Source of the DNA: a virus
Lineage: Duplodnaviria; Caudoviricetes
DNA length: 32,516 bases
Strand: one strand, 5' to 3'
IMG/VR virus record: IMGVR_UViG_3300042510_000028
Location: 1-32,516 of that record
Shown: positions 8,740-19,245 of the stretch, piece by piece
How the letters are laid out: each line of letters opens with the position of its first letter
How positions within the stretch are numbered: the first letter of the stretch is position 1
Notes under the pieces: generated by a model
What the model was told of the DNA's origin: nothing
The model's input: the letters and a program-made list of their open reading frames with translations, nothing else
The model's database searches: none
Program-made: the position numbers and the translations under genes

Positions 8740-9045
8740 ATGGCAATGCAAACAGATGTCCTTGCTAGTAAGGTCCGCACTGATGCAGGTCAGTTGTTGG
8801 ACCAGAATAGCCTCGTTATTGGTCGTGCCCGTGTAAAGGCGATCTACATCGTTCCTGATTCGGGTGCTGGCACCGTTACGTTTATCGACGGCGGCGCAAG
8901 CGGCGCTACCAAAATCGTCGTCAACACCAAGGCTAGTTCCACTGCGGCGGACTACATCCTGATGCCGGGTGAAGGTCTTCTCTTCCAAGAGAACATCTAC
9001 ATCATCCCGTCAGCCGTGGTCTCGACGATGGTGATCTATGGCTAA
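8740..9045 (+). CDS. Hypothetical virion-associated protein (101 aa)
   Basis: AGGAG RBS; beta-rich sequence ending PGEGLLF...VIYG. Confidence 0.75.
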   Translation: MAMQTDVLASKVRTDAGQLLDQNSLVIGRARVKAIYIVPDSGAGTVTFIDGGASGATKIVVNTKASSTAADYILMPGEGLLFQENIYIIPSAVVSTMVIYG

Positions 9046-9292
9046 GTCTCCAGCTTGGCAGCGTAAAGAAGGGAAAAATCCGAAAGGCGGACTCAATGCC
9101 AAAGGCCGTGCGTCGTATAACGCAGCCAATCCCGGTAAGCCGGGATTGAAACGGCCTCAGCCTGAAGGTGGTGCCCGACGAGATTCCTTCTGTGCTCGCA
9201 TGAAGGGCATGAAGAAAAAGCTGACTAGCACAAAGACAGCCAATGATCCGAGCAGTCGTATCAACAAGTCTCTCAGAGCATGGAATTGTTGA
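9038..9292 (+). CDS. Small basic protein (DUF6321-like, SFCARM motif)
   Basis: K/R-rich; GGLNAKGRASYN, RRDSFCARMKG, SLRAWNC; overlaps upstream stop. Family name from memory. Confidence 0.7.
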   Translation: MAKSPAWQRKEGKNPKGGLNAKGRASYNAANPGKPGLKRPQPEGGARRDSFCARMKGMKKKLTSTKTANDPSSRINKSLRAWNC

Positions 9293-9293
9293 T

Positions 9294-9542
9294 ATGGAAA
9301 TGCTGGTCTGGAACATGGTTCTTACGGGAATCGTGGCCGTGCTTGGTTTTGTTGTGAAAGAGAAGTTTGCCGAACTTCAACGGTTGGGAATTCTCCTCAA
9401 CAGAACCCGCGAAGAGATCGCCCGTGAACACGTAACTCGTGCAGAAGTACGAGCCGATGCCCAGATGCTTCTTGACCGGCTTGACCGGCTGGAGCAGAAG
9501 ATCGACAGATTGGTGAACAACAATGCCAAGCAAGTCGGGTAA
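9294..9542 (+). CDS. Single-pass membrane protein with C-terminal coiled coil
   Basis: Start moved to ATG 9294, just after upstream stop; N-terminal hydrophobic helix (LVWNMVLTGIVAVLGFVV) and LDRLDRLEQKIDRL heptads. Confidence 0.75.
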   Translation: MEMLVWNMVLTGIVAVLGFVVKEKFAELQRLGILLNRTREEIAREHVTRAEVRADAQMLLDRLDRLEQKIDRLVNNNAKQVG

Positions 9543-9672
9543 ACAACATAGGTTGATGGCTTTGGTTGCGAATGACCCGAAAGCAGCCAAACGTCTTGGA
9601 GTCCCCCAGAAGGTTGGGAAAGATTTCATGAAGGCTGACAAGGGTCGCAAATTCAGGAGTAAATCCAAATGA
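9523..9672 (+). CDS. Small basic protein (49 aa), absent from the ORF track
   Basis: Hand translation MPSKSGKQHRLMALVANDPKAAKRLGVPQKVGKDFMKADKGRKFRSKSK; fills the gap, preceded by GGTG, with ATGA overlap to the next gene. Confidence 0.75.
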   Translation: MPSKSGKQHRLMALVANDPKAAKRLGVPQKVGKDFMKADKGRKFRSKSK

Positions 9673-9911
9673 TGAAGCGAAATATGGCTGATATGGCTGG
9701 CCGTGCTATGAAAGGTCGCACGGATGACAAGATGGGTCGTGCAATGGCGGCTCCTCGTCCGGTTCGCGGCGGCGTTATGGCTGCCAAGAAGGGCGGCATG
9801 ATGAAGTCCAAGGGCAATGGCGGTTCAGCCTCCAAACGTGCTGATGGCGTTGCCAGCAAGGGCAAGACCAAGGGCAAGATGGTCAAGATGGCTTACGGCG
9901 GGAAATGCTAA
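9669..9911 (+). CDS. Small Lys/Met/Gly-rich protein with xxGG and ASKRADG motifs
   Basis: AGGAG RBS; AKKGG, ASKRADGVASKGKTKGKMV, MAYGGKC. Confidence 0.8.
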   Translation: MMKRNMADMAGRAMKGRTDDKMGRAMAAPRPVRGGVMAAKKGGMMKSKGNGGSASKRADGVASKGKTKGKMVKMAYGGKC

Positions 9912-10192
9912 TGAAAAAGTATGCTGCTGGCGGCAAGATGAACACGAAGGGGGCTATGGGGAATACTAAAACTCGTCCGCCATCTCCGACACCTTCGTCC
10001 CCTTCGGACGACTTGATCCCCCCGTCAATGCTGCCGGATAAGTCCGTGATTCCTCCGGGCAAAGGCTTTGGCGACGATGTGAAGAAGAAACCTCCGGTCA
10101 AAAAAGCTGGCGGTGGTTCAATCCATTCGTCTGCTTCCAAGCGGGCTGACGGCTGCGCTGTCAAAGGCAAAACTCGCGGGAAGTTTGTATGA
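9911..10192 (+). CDS. Small basic Pro-rich protein with YAAGG and ASKRADG motifs
   Basis: TAATG coupling; YAAGG at N-terminus; ends ASKRADGCAVKGKTRGKFV. Confidence 0.8.
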   Translation: MKKYAAGGKMNTKGAMGNTKTRPPSPTPSSPSDDLIPPSMLPDKSVIPPGKGFGDDVKKKPPVKKAGGGSIHSSASKRADGCAVKGKTRGKFV

Positions 10193-10824
10193 AAAAGCTG
10201 TCTGAGATGACTGACGAGGAGCGGTACGGAAAGGTCGGTGCGGAGATCCGCCGACTTGATCCCGAGGCTTACAAGAATCGCCCCAAGAGCATGGAAGGCA
10301 ACTTGAAGTTGCTGAAAGAACTCCGCAGTCGCAAGACTGAAGAGGCTAAGTCTGCTCCGCGTGGTCCGTCTCAGCGTTATGCAACTGGCCCCGCAGCAAA
10401 GGACAAGCGTGCTCAGGAAGATTTTTTGAGCCGTAATCCTCAGTACCGTGACCGTGAACCCGGTTTGAAAGCGGTAGACGAAGAGATGTTCAGCCCCGGT
10501 GCAAAACTCGCGGGTGCTGGCGTTGCTGGCGGCGCTGCTGCTTACGGCGTCAAGAAGTTGCTCGACCGTTTCCGTAACAAAAGTATGGAACGTGCTGGCA
10601 AGGAGTTGGCTGAGAAAGGCGTCCCGAGCGCGGATGATCTTGCTAAAGCCCGTACTCTGGCCAAGGAGCGTCGTGCCGTATCCAAGCGTGAGCGTGACAT
10701 TGACGAGCGTCTGGCTAGTGACATGGCTGGCGGCTACAAGCGTGGTGGGGCTGTGAAGTCCTCTGCTTCGAGCCGTGCCGATGGTATCGCCAAGCGTGGC
10801 AGAACCAAGGGGCGAATGATCTGA
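10189..10824 (+). CDS. Basic protein (211 aa) with YKRGG and ASSRADG C-terminal motif
   Basis: ATGA overlap; ends YKRGGAVKSSASSRADGIAKRGRTKGRMI; has a central GAGVAGGAAAYG hydrophobic patch. Confidence 0.8.
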   Translation: MKKLSEMTDEERYGKVGAEIRRLDPEAYKNRPKSMEGNLKLLKELRSRKTEEAKSAPRGPSQRYATGPAAKDKRAQEDFLSRNPQYRDREPGLKAVDEEMFSPGAKLAGAGVAGGAAAYGVKKLLDRFRNKSMERAGKELAEKGVPSADDLAKARTLAKERRAVSKRERDIDERLASDMAGGYKRGGAVKSSASSRADGIAKRGRTKGRMI

Positions 10825-11120
10825 TGCTACCCTCCCGAGGCATGGGCGCGATTGCTAAAAACAAAGTCCCTAGGGCCAAGCGCCGTGGGGATAGCAAGCC
10901 TGTGATCGGGACGGGTAAGCCCATTCGTACCTTCAAGGAAGGCGGCGAAAGCAAGGTCAACGAGGCCGGTAACTATACGAAGCCGGGTATGCGTAAAGCG
11001 TTGTTCAATAGTATTAAAAACAGTGCGGTTCAGGGCACTGCCGCAGGGCAATGGTCGGCGCGGAAAGCGCAGTTGCTGGCAAAGCGGTACAAGGAAAAGG
11101 GCGGCGGGTACAAGTCATGA
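10824..11120 (+). CDS. Basic protein; C-terminal half resembles the N-terminal part of DUF5872-like proteins
   Basis: FKEGG followed by NYTKPGMRK...GQWSARKAQLLAKRYKEKGGGYK. Confidence 0.75.
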   Translation: MLPSRGMGAIAKNKVPRAKRRGDSKPVIGTGKPIRTFKEGGESKVNEAGNYTKPGMRKALFNSIKNSAVQGTAAGQWSARKAQLLAKRYKEKGGGYKS

Positions 11121-11362
11121 AGGCTCCGCAGCAGTCGTTAAAGGCATGGACTGCCCAGAAATGGAGAACCAAAAGTGGTAAACGATCTTCTGACACGGGT
11201 GAAAGGTATCTTCCGGAAGCTGCAATCAAAGCTCTTTCCCCCGGAGAATATGCCCGAACCACCGCAGCCAAGCGTAAAGGCAAAGCCCAAGGCAAGCAGT
11301 TCGTCGCCCAACCCAAAGGCATCTCGCAGAAAACCCGTGCGTATCGCCAAAGGGGTAAGTAA
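11117..11362 (+). CDS. Basic protein resembling the C-terminal part of DUF5872-like proteins
   Basis: Start moved to ATG 11117 (ATGA overlap); QQSLKAWTAQKWRT, ERYLPEAA, GKQFV. Confidence 0.75.
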   Translation: MKAPQQSLKAWTAQKWRTKSGKRSSDTGERYLPEAAIKALSPGEYARTTAAKRKGKAQGKQFVAQPKGISQKTRAYRQRGK

Positions 11363-11365
11363 GAA

Positions 11366-11623
11366 GTGAACATGCAGAAGATTGTGGATATGTTGTTTCC
11401 GGTGCTGCTGGCCGCCGTTGGCTGGCTGTTGTCGGAGATCACATCGTTCAACAATCGCTTGATCGCTATTGAAGGCAAGATGCCTGCGTTGATTACGCCG
11501 GAAGGCGTCCCGACCGATAGCCCGATTAGTGCTGCTAATCGGCAGAGGCAGAAAGAAGAACTGCTGGATAAAATCTACGACCTGCAAATGCGGGTTAAGT
11601 TGATTGAAGAACGAGGCAAGTAA
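11366..11623 (+). CDS. Small single-pass membrane protein with coiled coil
   Basis: Hydrophobic MLFPVLLAAVGWLL near the N-terminus; charged helical C-terminus; TAATG coupling to next gene. Confidence 0.7.
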   Translation: MNMQKIVDMLFPVLLAAVGWLLSEITSFNNRLIAIEGKMPALITPEGVPTDSPISAANRQRQKEELLDKIYDLQMRVKLIEERGK

Positions 11624-12348
11624 TGGCCTACAAGACTACAGCTACGACAGACTTCAACCTCGACCTCAACACGATTATCGAAGAGGCGTTCGAGCGTTGC
11701 GGTGCTGAACTGCGTACGGGTTACGACTTCCGTACGGCCAAGCGTAGTCTTGCCCTGCTCCTGATGGACTGGTCGAACCGGGGCATCAACCTCTGGACGC
11801 TGGAAGAAGGCACCAAGACGCTGACCTACAATGTCGGCACGTACGACCTTGAGCCTGACACGGTCGATCTTTTGGATCATGTTATTAGGACTGGAAGCGG
11901 CACGAACCAGCAGGACATCAACATCTCGCGCATTTCATCCAGTACTTACGTGTCCATTCCGAACAAGAATGCGACGGGTCGCCCGATCCAGATCTGGATC
12001 AATCGGCGTACGGGTGCTACGGGTGCAGACAATGTGGTAGTGAAACCCCAATTTACGGTTTGGCCGAAGCCTGACAACTCGACAACGTGGACGTTGTACT
12101 ACACGCGGTTGCGGCGGATGTTTGACCCCGGTACAGGCGTGAATGGGCAAGATATCCCGTTCCGTTTCCTGCCCTGTATGGTTGCAGGCTTGGCTTATAT
12201 GCTGTCGATGAAGATCCCCGGTGCTGACGCCCGTGTGCAAATATTGAAGGCTCAGTACGACGAAGCGTGGGATCTCGCGGCGGGTGAGGACCGAGAAAAG
12301 GCGGCGGTGCGGTTTGTCCCACGTGAGAGCTTCTTGGGTGGCTACTAA
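11623..12348 (+). CDS. Probable head-tail adaptor/tail tubular protein A-like
   Basis: IIEEAFERCG, SLALLLMDWSNRG, GRPIQ, VWPKPD, GLAYML pattern typical of podoviral adaptors; position after the head genes. Confidence 0.65.
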   Translation: MAYKTTATTDFNLDLNTIIEEAFERCGAELRTGYDFRTAKRSLALLLMDWSNRGINLWTLEEGTKTLTYNVGTYDLEPDTVDLLDHVIRTGSGTNQQDINISRISSSTYVSIPNKNATGRPIQIWINRRTGATGADNVVVKPQFTVWPKPDNSTTWTLYYTRLRRMFDPGTGVNGQDIPFRFLPCMVAGLAYMLSMKIPGADARVQILKAQYDEAWDLAAGEDREKAAVRFVPRESFLGGY

Positions 12349-12725
12349 TGCCAAACAGGTTTGCAAGTGGCAAGAACGCAATCGCCATGTGCGACCGGTG
12401 CGGGTTTCAATACAAACTGCGCCAGTTGAAGTCGATTGTGATCAAGACCAAGAACGTGAATATCTTGGTCTGTCCGGAGTGCTGGGAGCCTGACCAACCC
12501 CAGTTGTCTCTTGGCCTGTATCCTGTGGACGACCCGCAGGCATTACGGAACCCAAGACCGGACACGAGTTATTTTGCGGTCGGTAATGACGGTGCCAATG
12601 GTAGCCGTCAGATACAATGGGGTTGGAACCCGGTTGGAGGGGCGAGTTCTTTTGATGCGGCTCTAACCCCAAATACGCTTACTCCTGCTGGTGAAGTAGG
12701 AGATGTAACGGTCGTAGTGACCTAG
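12348..12725 (+). CDS. Zinc-ribbon protein
   Basis: CDRCG...VCPECWE (two CxxC), then DPQALRNPRPD. Confidence 0.8.
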   Translation: MPNRFASGKNAIAMCDRCGFQYKLRQLKSIVIKTKNVNILVCPECWEPDQPQLSLGLYPVDDPQALRNPRPDTSYFAVGNDGANGSRQIQWGWNPVGGASSFDAALTPNTLTPAGEVGDVTVVVT

Positions 12726-12734
12726 GAGATCGAG

Positions 12735-12920
12735 ATGAAGAACGGTATGCGTAAAATCGCCCGAGAAGAGGTGCAGAAGCACGAGAATGTTATGCACAAG
12801 GGCGTCAAGAAAATGCGCGCTGGCGGTAAGACCAACAGCGAGATGAAGAAGTACGGTCGGAACATGGCGAAGGTGATGAACCAGCGCAGCCCGGTCCGTA
12901 AGTCTTCTGGCCCGAAGTAA
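12735..12920 (+). CDS. Small basic protein with MRAGG motif
   Basis: AGGAG RBS; K/M-rich; KKMRAGGKT. Confidence 0.75.
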   Translation: MKNGMRKIAREEVQKHENVMHKGVKKMRAGGKTNSEMKKYGRNMAKVMNQRSPVRKSSGPK

Positions 12921-12925
12921 CCGCC

Positions 12926-13120
12926 ATGAAAGAACTGAACCCCGGCAAGATCAGGCCGAACACTGACTCGACTGGTGAGAATGGCTATCCTGAAAAGGAT
13001 GTCAACAAGGGCGTCACCCACATGGATATGAAGGGTGCTGGCGCTGCCACCAAGGGTAAGAAGTTCGTCTCGCAGATCAATTTGCAGAACAACGGTAAAT
13101 ACCGGACGGGTTGGAGCTAA
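12926..13120 (+). CDS. Small basic protein (64 aa)
   Basis: Contains MKGAGAATKGKKF; TAATG coupling to next gene. Confidence 0.7.
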   Translation: MKELNPGKIRPNTDSTGENGYPEKDVNKGVTHMDMKGAGAATKGKKFVSQINLQNNGKYRTGWS

Positions 13121-13758
13121 TGAACTACTCCCAGCTAACTACACTGATTCAGGACTATTGTGAGTCTACGGAGCAGAGCTTCGTGGCGAACATTCCTACG
13201 TTCGTGCAGTTGGCTGAGGAGCGGATCTACAATACGGTTCAGATCCCGGCCATCCGTAAAAACGTGACGGGCACGACGAGCAACGGCAACCAATATCTGT
13301 CCCTGCCGTCTGATTGGCTCTCGACGTTTTCGATGGCGGTGATTGATCCTGTGACTCAGGACTACGAGTATCTGCTCAACAAAGATGTGAACTACATCCG
13401 AGCAGCGTATCCGCCTCCGACCAGCACGGGCAAACCTGCGTATTACTCCATCTTTGACAACACGACGATGTTGCTGGGGCCGACCCCAGATGCAGCCTAC
13501 ACAATCGAACTGCATTACTATTACTACCCAACGTCGATTGTCGATGCGGGTACGTCGTGGCTCGGTAACAACTTTGAGTCTGTGCTGCTGTACGGTTCAA
13601 TCCGTGAGGCATACACCTACTTGAAGGGTGCCGAGGACATGATGGCGTACTACGAGAACAAGTACCAAGAAGCCCTTGGTCAGTTGAAGCGCCTCGGTGA
13701 TGGCTTGGATCGTCAGGATGCGTACCGTTCTGGACAAGCTAGGATTCCTGTGACATGA
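13120..13758 (+). CDS. Second adaptor/tail tubular A-like protein
   Basis: Start moved to ATG 13120 (MNYSQL); FVQLAEERI, GKPAYY, LGPTPD, LLYGSIREA. Confidence 0.65.
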   Translation: MNYSQLTTLIQDYCESTEQSFVANIPTFVQLAEERIYNTVQIPAIRKNVTGTTSNGNQYLSLPSDWLSTFSMAVIDPVTQDYEYLLNKDVNYIRAAYPPPTSTGKPAYYSIFDNTTMLLGPTPDAAYTIELHYYYYPTSIVDAGTSWLGNNFESVLLYGSIREAYTYLKGAEDMMAYYENKYQEALGQLKRLGDGLDRQDAYRSGQARIPVT

Positions 13759-14003
13759 GCTTCGTAGGCGGATCAGAAATTGGCAGTGTGTTCGTACAAA
13801 CGACTGATCATCGTGGACACACTGTTGAAGAGATTGCAGAACGTGCGGCCAACCGCATACTCAGTGCCGACTCAAAGGAAGCACTGCATTATTGGCTAGT
13901 GAAGTATCTCAGCGAGGCTCAAGCAGCCGAACGTCAGATGATATGTAAGAAACTAGATCAACAAGGTTATGCGGAAATCGCGCACTTAATTGGAGACCTC
14001 TGA
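13755..14003 (+). CDS. Hypothetical protein (82 aa)
   Basis: Coupled by ATGA and TGATG overlaps on both sides. Confidence 0.7.
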   Translation: MSFVGGSEIGSVFVQTTDHRGHTVEEIAERAANRILSADSKEALHYWLVKYLSEAQAAERQMICKKLDQQGYAEIAHLIGDL

Positions 14004-14458
14004 TGGCTATTTCTCAAGCAATGGTAACGTCGTTCAAGGTCGAGATCCTTGACGGCATTCACAACTTCGGTACCGGCGTCATCCGAGCTTCGACGGCTGC
14101 GGATGTGTTCAAGCTGGCCCTCTTCACTTCGTCGGCTACGTTGAGCGCGACCACTACGGCGTACTCTTCAGCGGATGAGGTCTCTTCGTCCGGTACGAAC
14201 TACCCGGCGGGTGGGCTAACGTTGACGATCTCGCAGGTGCCGACTTCTAGCGGTACGACGGCATATATCGACTTCGATGACCTAACCTTCCCGAGCGCGA
14301 CGATCACGGCCAACGGTGCTTTGATCTACAACGCGACTCAGAGTAACAAAGCGGTCGCAGTGCTGGCGTTTGGCGGTGACAAGACTTCGACGGCTGGTAA
14401 CTTCACCATCCAGTTCCCGTCTCCGACCTCGACGACTGCTATTCTGCGTATCGCTTAA
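14003..14458 (+). CDS. Probable virion structural protein (151 aa)
   Basis: FKLALFT, NYPAGG, GALIYN, VLAFGGDKT; beta-rich; precedes the fibre cluster. Confidence 0.7.
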   Translation: MAISQAMVTSFKVEILDGIHNFGTGVIRASTAADVFKLALFTSSATLSATTTAYSSADEVSSSGTNYPAGGLTLTISQVPTSSGTTAYIDFDDLTFPSATITANGALIYNATQSNKAVAVLAFGGDKTSTAGNFTIQFPSPTSTTAILRIA

Positions 14459-14470
14459 TAGGAGGGTTAC

Positions 14471-16368
<1,898 letters not shown>

Positions 16369-16372
<4 letters not shown>

Positions 16373-17745
16373 GTACGATTAACGCAGGCTCTACGACACC
16401 GACAGCGCTCACGCTGACGGGCAACACTGACGGCACCCTAGACCTTGCTACGGGTGGAACCACCCGTATGTTGATTGATGGGTCGGGTAATGTCGGTATT
16501 GGGACGGCTTCGCCTTCAACGCTTCTGCACTTGTCCGGTTCAGCGCCTATCCTTCGATTCACCGACACATCTGGTGACGCATACGCGCAGATAGATTGCG
16601 ATAGTCCAGATGAAGGCACGATCAGAATTCAAGCAGACCCCGGTAATGCTGGGGCAAACACGATCATTCGTTTCGACACTGACGGTTCCGAACGGATGCG
16701 TATTGACTCCTCCGGCAACGTTGGGATTGGAACAAGTTCACCTGCCGGTAGGCTTCACGCACGTTTCGACGCTGGTGTGTCCGATAGCTACACCGGAAAA
16801 TATATTTTTCAGACGACCGATCAACGGCTCACGATTGGAACGTACTGGCAGTCGGGGGTTGGTCAGTACGCAACGATTCAATCTGAATCGGCGTCAAGTG
16901 TGGCGCAGAATCTGCTCCTCAACCCTTCCGGTGGCAACGTCGGTATTGGTCAGTCTTCACCTTCATACAAACTGCAAGTAAACAATGCGTCTGCGTCAGC
17001 AACAGCAGATGCCATTACAGTTCAAAATTCCGGCGTAACTACCACCGGTCACACCGCAGGGATTCGTTTTAAGTACATAGGCGCTGAACCCGCTGCAATT
17101 CGAGCTATCTTAACCAACCTCGTTAACGGCGCAGGCTCTTTAGCTTTTTACACATCAAGCGACGGGAGTGGCGCAAACCTCACCGAGCGGATGCGTATCG
17201 CATCTGATGGAACAATAGGCGTTGGCGGCACAAACGTATCATCTGTTCGTTTGCTTTCCTATGCCGCAAGCACCGGTAGTGATTCGTGGGCTTTATATGC
17301 AAAAAACAGCACTCCAACCGATTTATTCGGCGTTAGGGGCGATGGGGCTATTTATACCGGTGTTGGTACTCTTTCCCCGTACAACCTGACAACTGGCGCG
17401 GCTGCAAATCTTTTTGTTGATGGTGACCGATACATATACCGCTCAACCTCGTCGCTTCGTTACAAGTCAGACGTAGCCGATGCTACACACGGGCTTGCCG
17501 ACCTGCTGAAACTTCGTAGCGTTACTTATAAGTCCAAAAACAATGGCGACACCGTATTTGGCGGCTTAATTGCCGAGGAAGTACATGACGCTGGACTGAC
17601 TGAGTTCGTCTCTTACGACAAGGAAAACCAACCGGACGCGATTCACTACGGCAACATGGTGGCTCTGTTGACCAAAGCCATCCAAGAACAGCAGGCAATG
17701 ATTGACGAACTTAAGGCCAAGGTTGCCGCTCTGGAGACGAAGTAA
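16369..17745 (+). CDS. Tail fibre/receptor-binding protein with C-terminal intramolecular chaperone (peptidase S74)
   Basis: ERMRIDSSGNVGIGT repeats; STSSLRYKSDV cleavage motif; GLIAEEV; terminal coiled coil. Start moved to ATG 16369. Confidence 0.85.
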
Positions 17746-19067
17746 TGGCTAGTACAATCAACGCTACTGGTAGTGGCATCGTCCTCACGGGCAGTACTAG
17801 TGCTGCATTGAATCTGTTAGTTGGCGGATCTGCGGCGCTTTCAATCGGTACAGGCGCTACGACGACCATCTCCAACGCCACGATTACTTCGCTCACCATC
17901 TCCAACCCGTCCACGTTCCCGGCTGGATCAGCCTCTGCCCCTGTCATTACAACGACAGGCGACACCAACACGGGCGTGTATTTCCCCGCAGCGGATCAGG
18001 TTGCAGTAACGGCGGGCGGTACGGTCGCTGCTGCGTTTAACACCAATGGGTTGTTTTTCCGTAACCGAATCATCAACGGCGATATGCGGATTGATCAGCG
18101 AAATGCTGGGGCTAGTGTAACGTTTGACAATAATGTATTCCCTGTTGATAGGTTTAGAGGTTTTACTAACCTGTCTTCTAAAGCAACAGCACAGCAGTCT
18201 TCTGTTGTTCCGACTGGTTTTGTAAATTCTGTTCTTGTCACATCTTCATCTGCATATAGTCTGGCGGCAGGGGATTATTTTGGTATTGGGCAGCGAATTG
18301 AAGGAACAAACATTTCCGATTTAGGATGGGGCACTGCATCGGCACGCGCAGTTACTCTTTCATTTTGGGTTCGCAGTTCTTTAACCGGAACTTTTGGCGG
18401 TGCGCTAGGTAACTCAAATGGCACGCGGTCGTATCCTTTTACATATTCAATTTCTGTTGCAGATACTTGGGAATATAAAACGATTACGGTTCCCGGTGAT
18501 ACAAGTGGGACTTGGTTGACTACAAATGGATCTGGTATTCAATTTGTTATTAGTCTTGGGGCTGGCGCAACATTAAGCGGAACGGCAGGAGCATGGGCTG
18601 GCGCAAATTATTTCTCCGCAACCGGCGCTGTCTCCGTCATTAGCACTAACGGCGCAACCTTTTACCTTACCGGCGTCCAACTAGAAACCGGCTCTGTCGC
18701 CACTCCGTTTGAGCGTAGACCGTTTGGCACGGAATTAGCGTTGTGTCAGCGGTATTATTGGAAAGGCGGTAACGGCGCTAGCGGTATTTTTAACAGCGGA
18801 ACAACCGCAAGATTTGGCGTTACATTTCCAGTTGTAATGAGGGCATCGCCAACTGTGGCGGCTATTGCTGCGCCAATCATAGCAAACCCAACCGTGTCTG
18901 AGGCTCAAACCGGGTCGCAAACAACAGATTTTCTTGCAACGGCAACAGGCGGCGCTGTTGAAAATTACAGCGCATCAAAAATTCAGTTTGGCGGTTTTTC
19001 AAGTGGAGCAGACGGTAGGCCGTGTTCGTTGTCAAACACTTGTTTGTCGTTTAGTTCGGAATTGTAA
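17745..19067 (+). CDS. Tail fibre/receptor-binding protein with carbohydrate-binding-like domain
   Basis: GDTNTGVYFP; FRNRIINGDMRIDQR; TLSFWVRS; GVQLETGSVATPFERRPFGTELALCQRYY; MRASPT. Confidence 0.82.
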   Translation: MASTINATGSGIVLTGSTSAALNLLVGGSAALSIGTGATTTISNATITSLTISNPSTFPAGSASAPVITTTGDTNTGVYFPAADQVAVTAGGTVAAAFNTNGLFFRNRIINGDMRIDQRNAGASVTFDNNVFPVDRFRGFTNLSSKATAQQSSVVPTGFVNSVLVTSSSAYSLAAGDYFGIGQRIEGTNISDLGWGTASARAVTLSFWVRSSLTGTFGGALGNSNGTRSYPFTYSISVADTWEYKTITVPGDTSGTWLTTNGSGIQFVISLGAGATLSGTAGAWAGANYFSATGAVSVISTNGATFYLTGVQLETGSVATPFERRPFGTELALCQRYYWKGGNGASGIFNSGTTARFGVTFPVVMRASPTVAAIAAPIIANPTVSEAQTGSQTTDFLATATGGAVENYSASKIQFGGFSSGADGRPCSLSNTCLSFSSEL

Positions 19068-19068
19068 A

Positions 19069-19245
19069 ATGTACAAACTAATTGCCGTATTTGATCAATA
19101 CACTAAAGAAAAAACCAAAGACTTGCTTTGTCGTATTTCCGACAACGCTTTCATACCATTTGACCCCGCCAACGCCGACTATCAGCAATATCTTGCATGG
19201 CTTGCAGAAGGCAACGAGCCGCTGCCGCCGGATGAGGAACAGTAA
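19069..19245 (+). CDS. Small tail-fibre assembly/chaperone-like protein (58 aa)
   Basis: Start moved to ATG 19069; FIPFDPANADYQQYLAWLAEGNEP, a motif typical of small genes following such fibres. Confidence 0.72.
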   Translation: MYKLIAVFDQYTKEKTKDLLCRISDNAFIPFDPANADYQQYLAWLAEGNEPLPPDEEQ

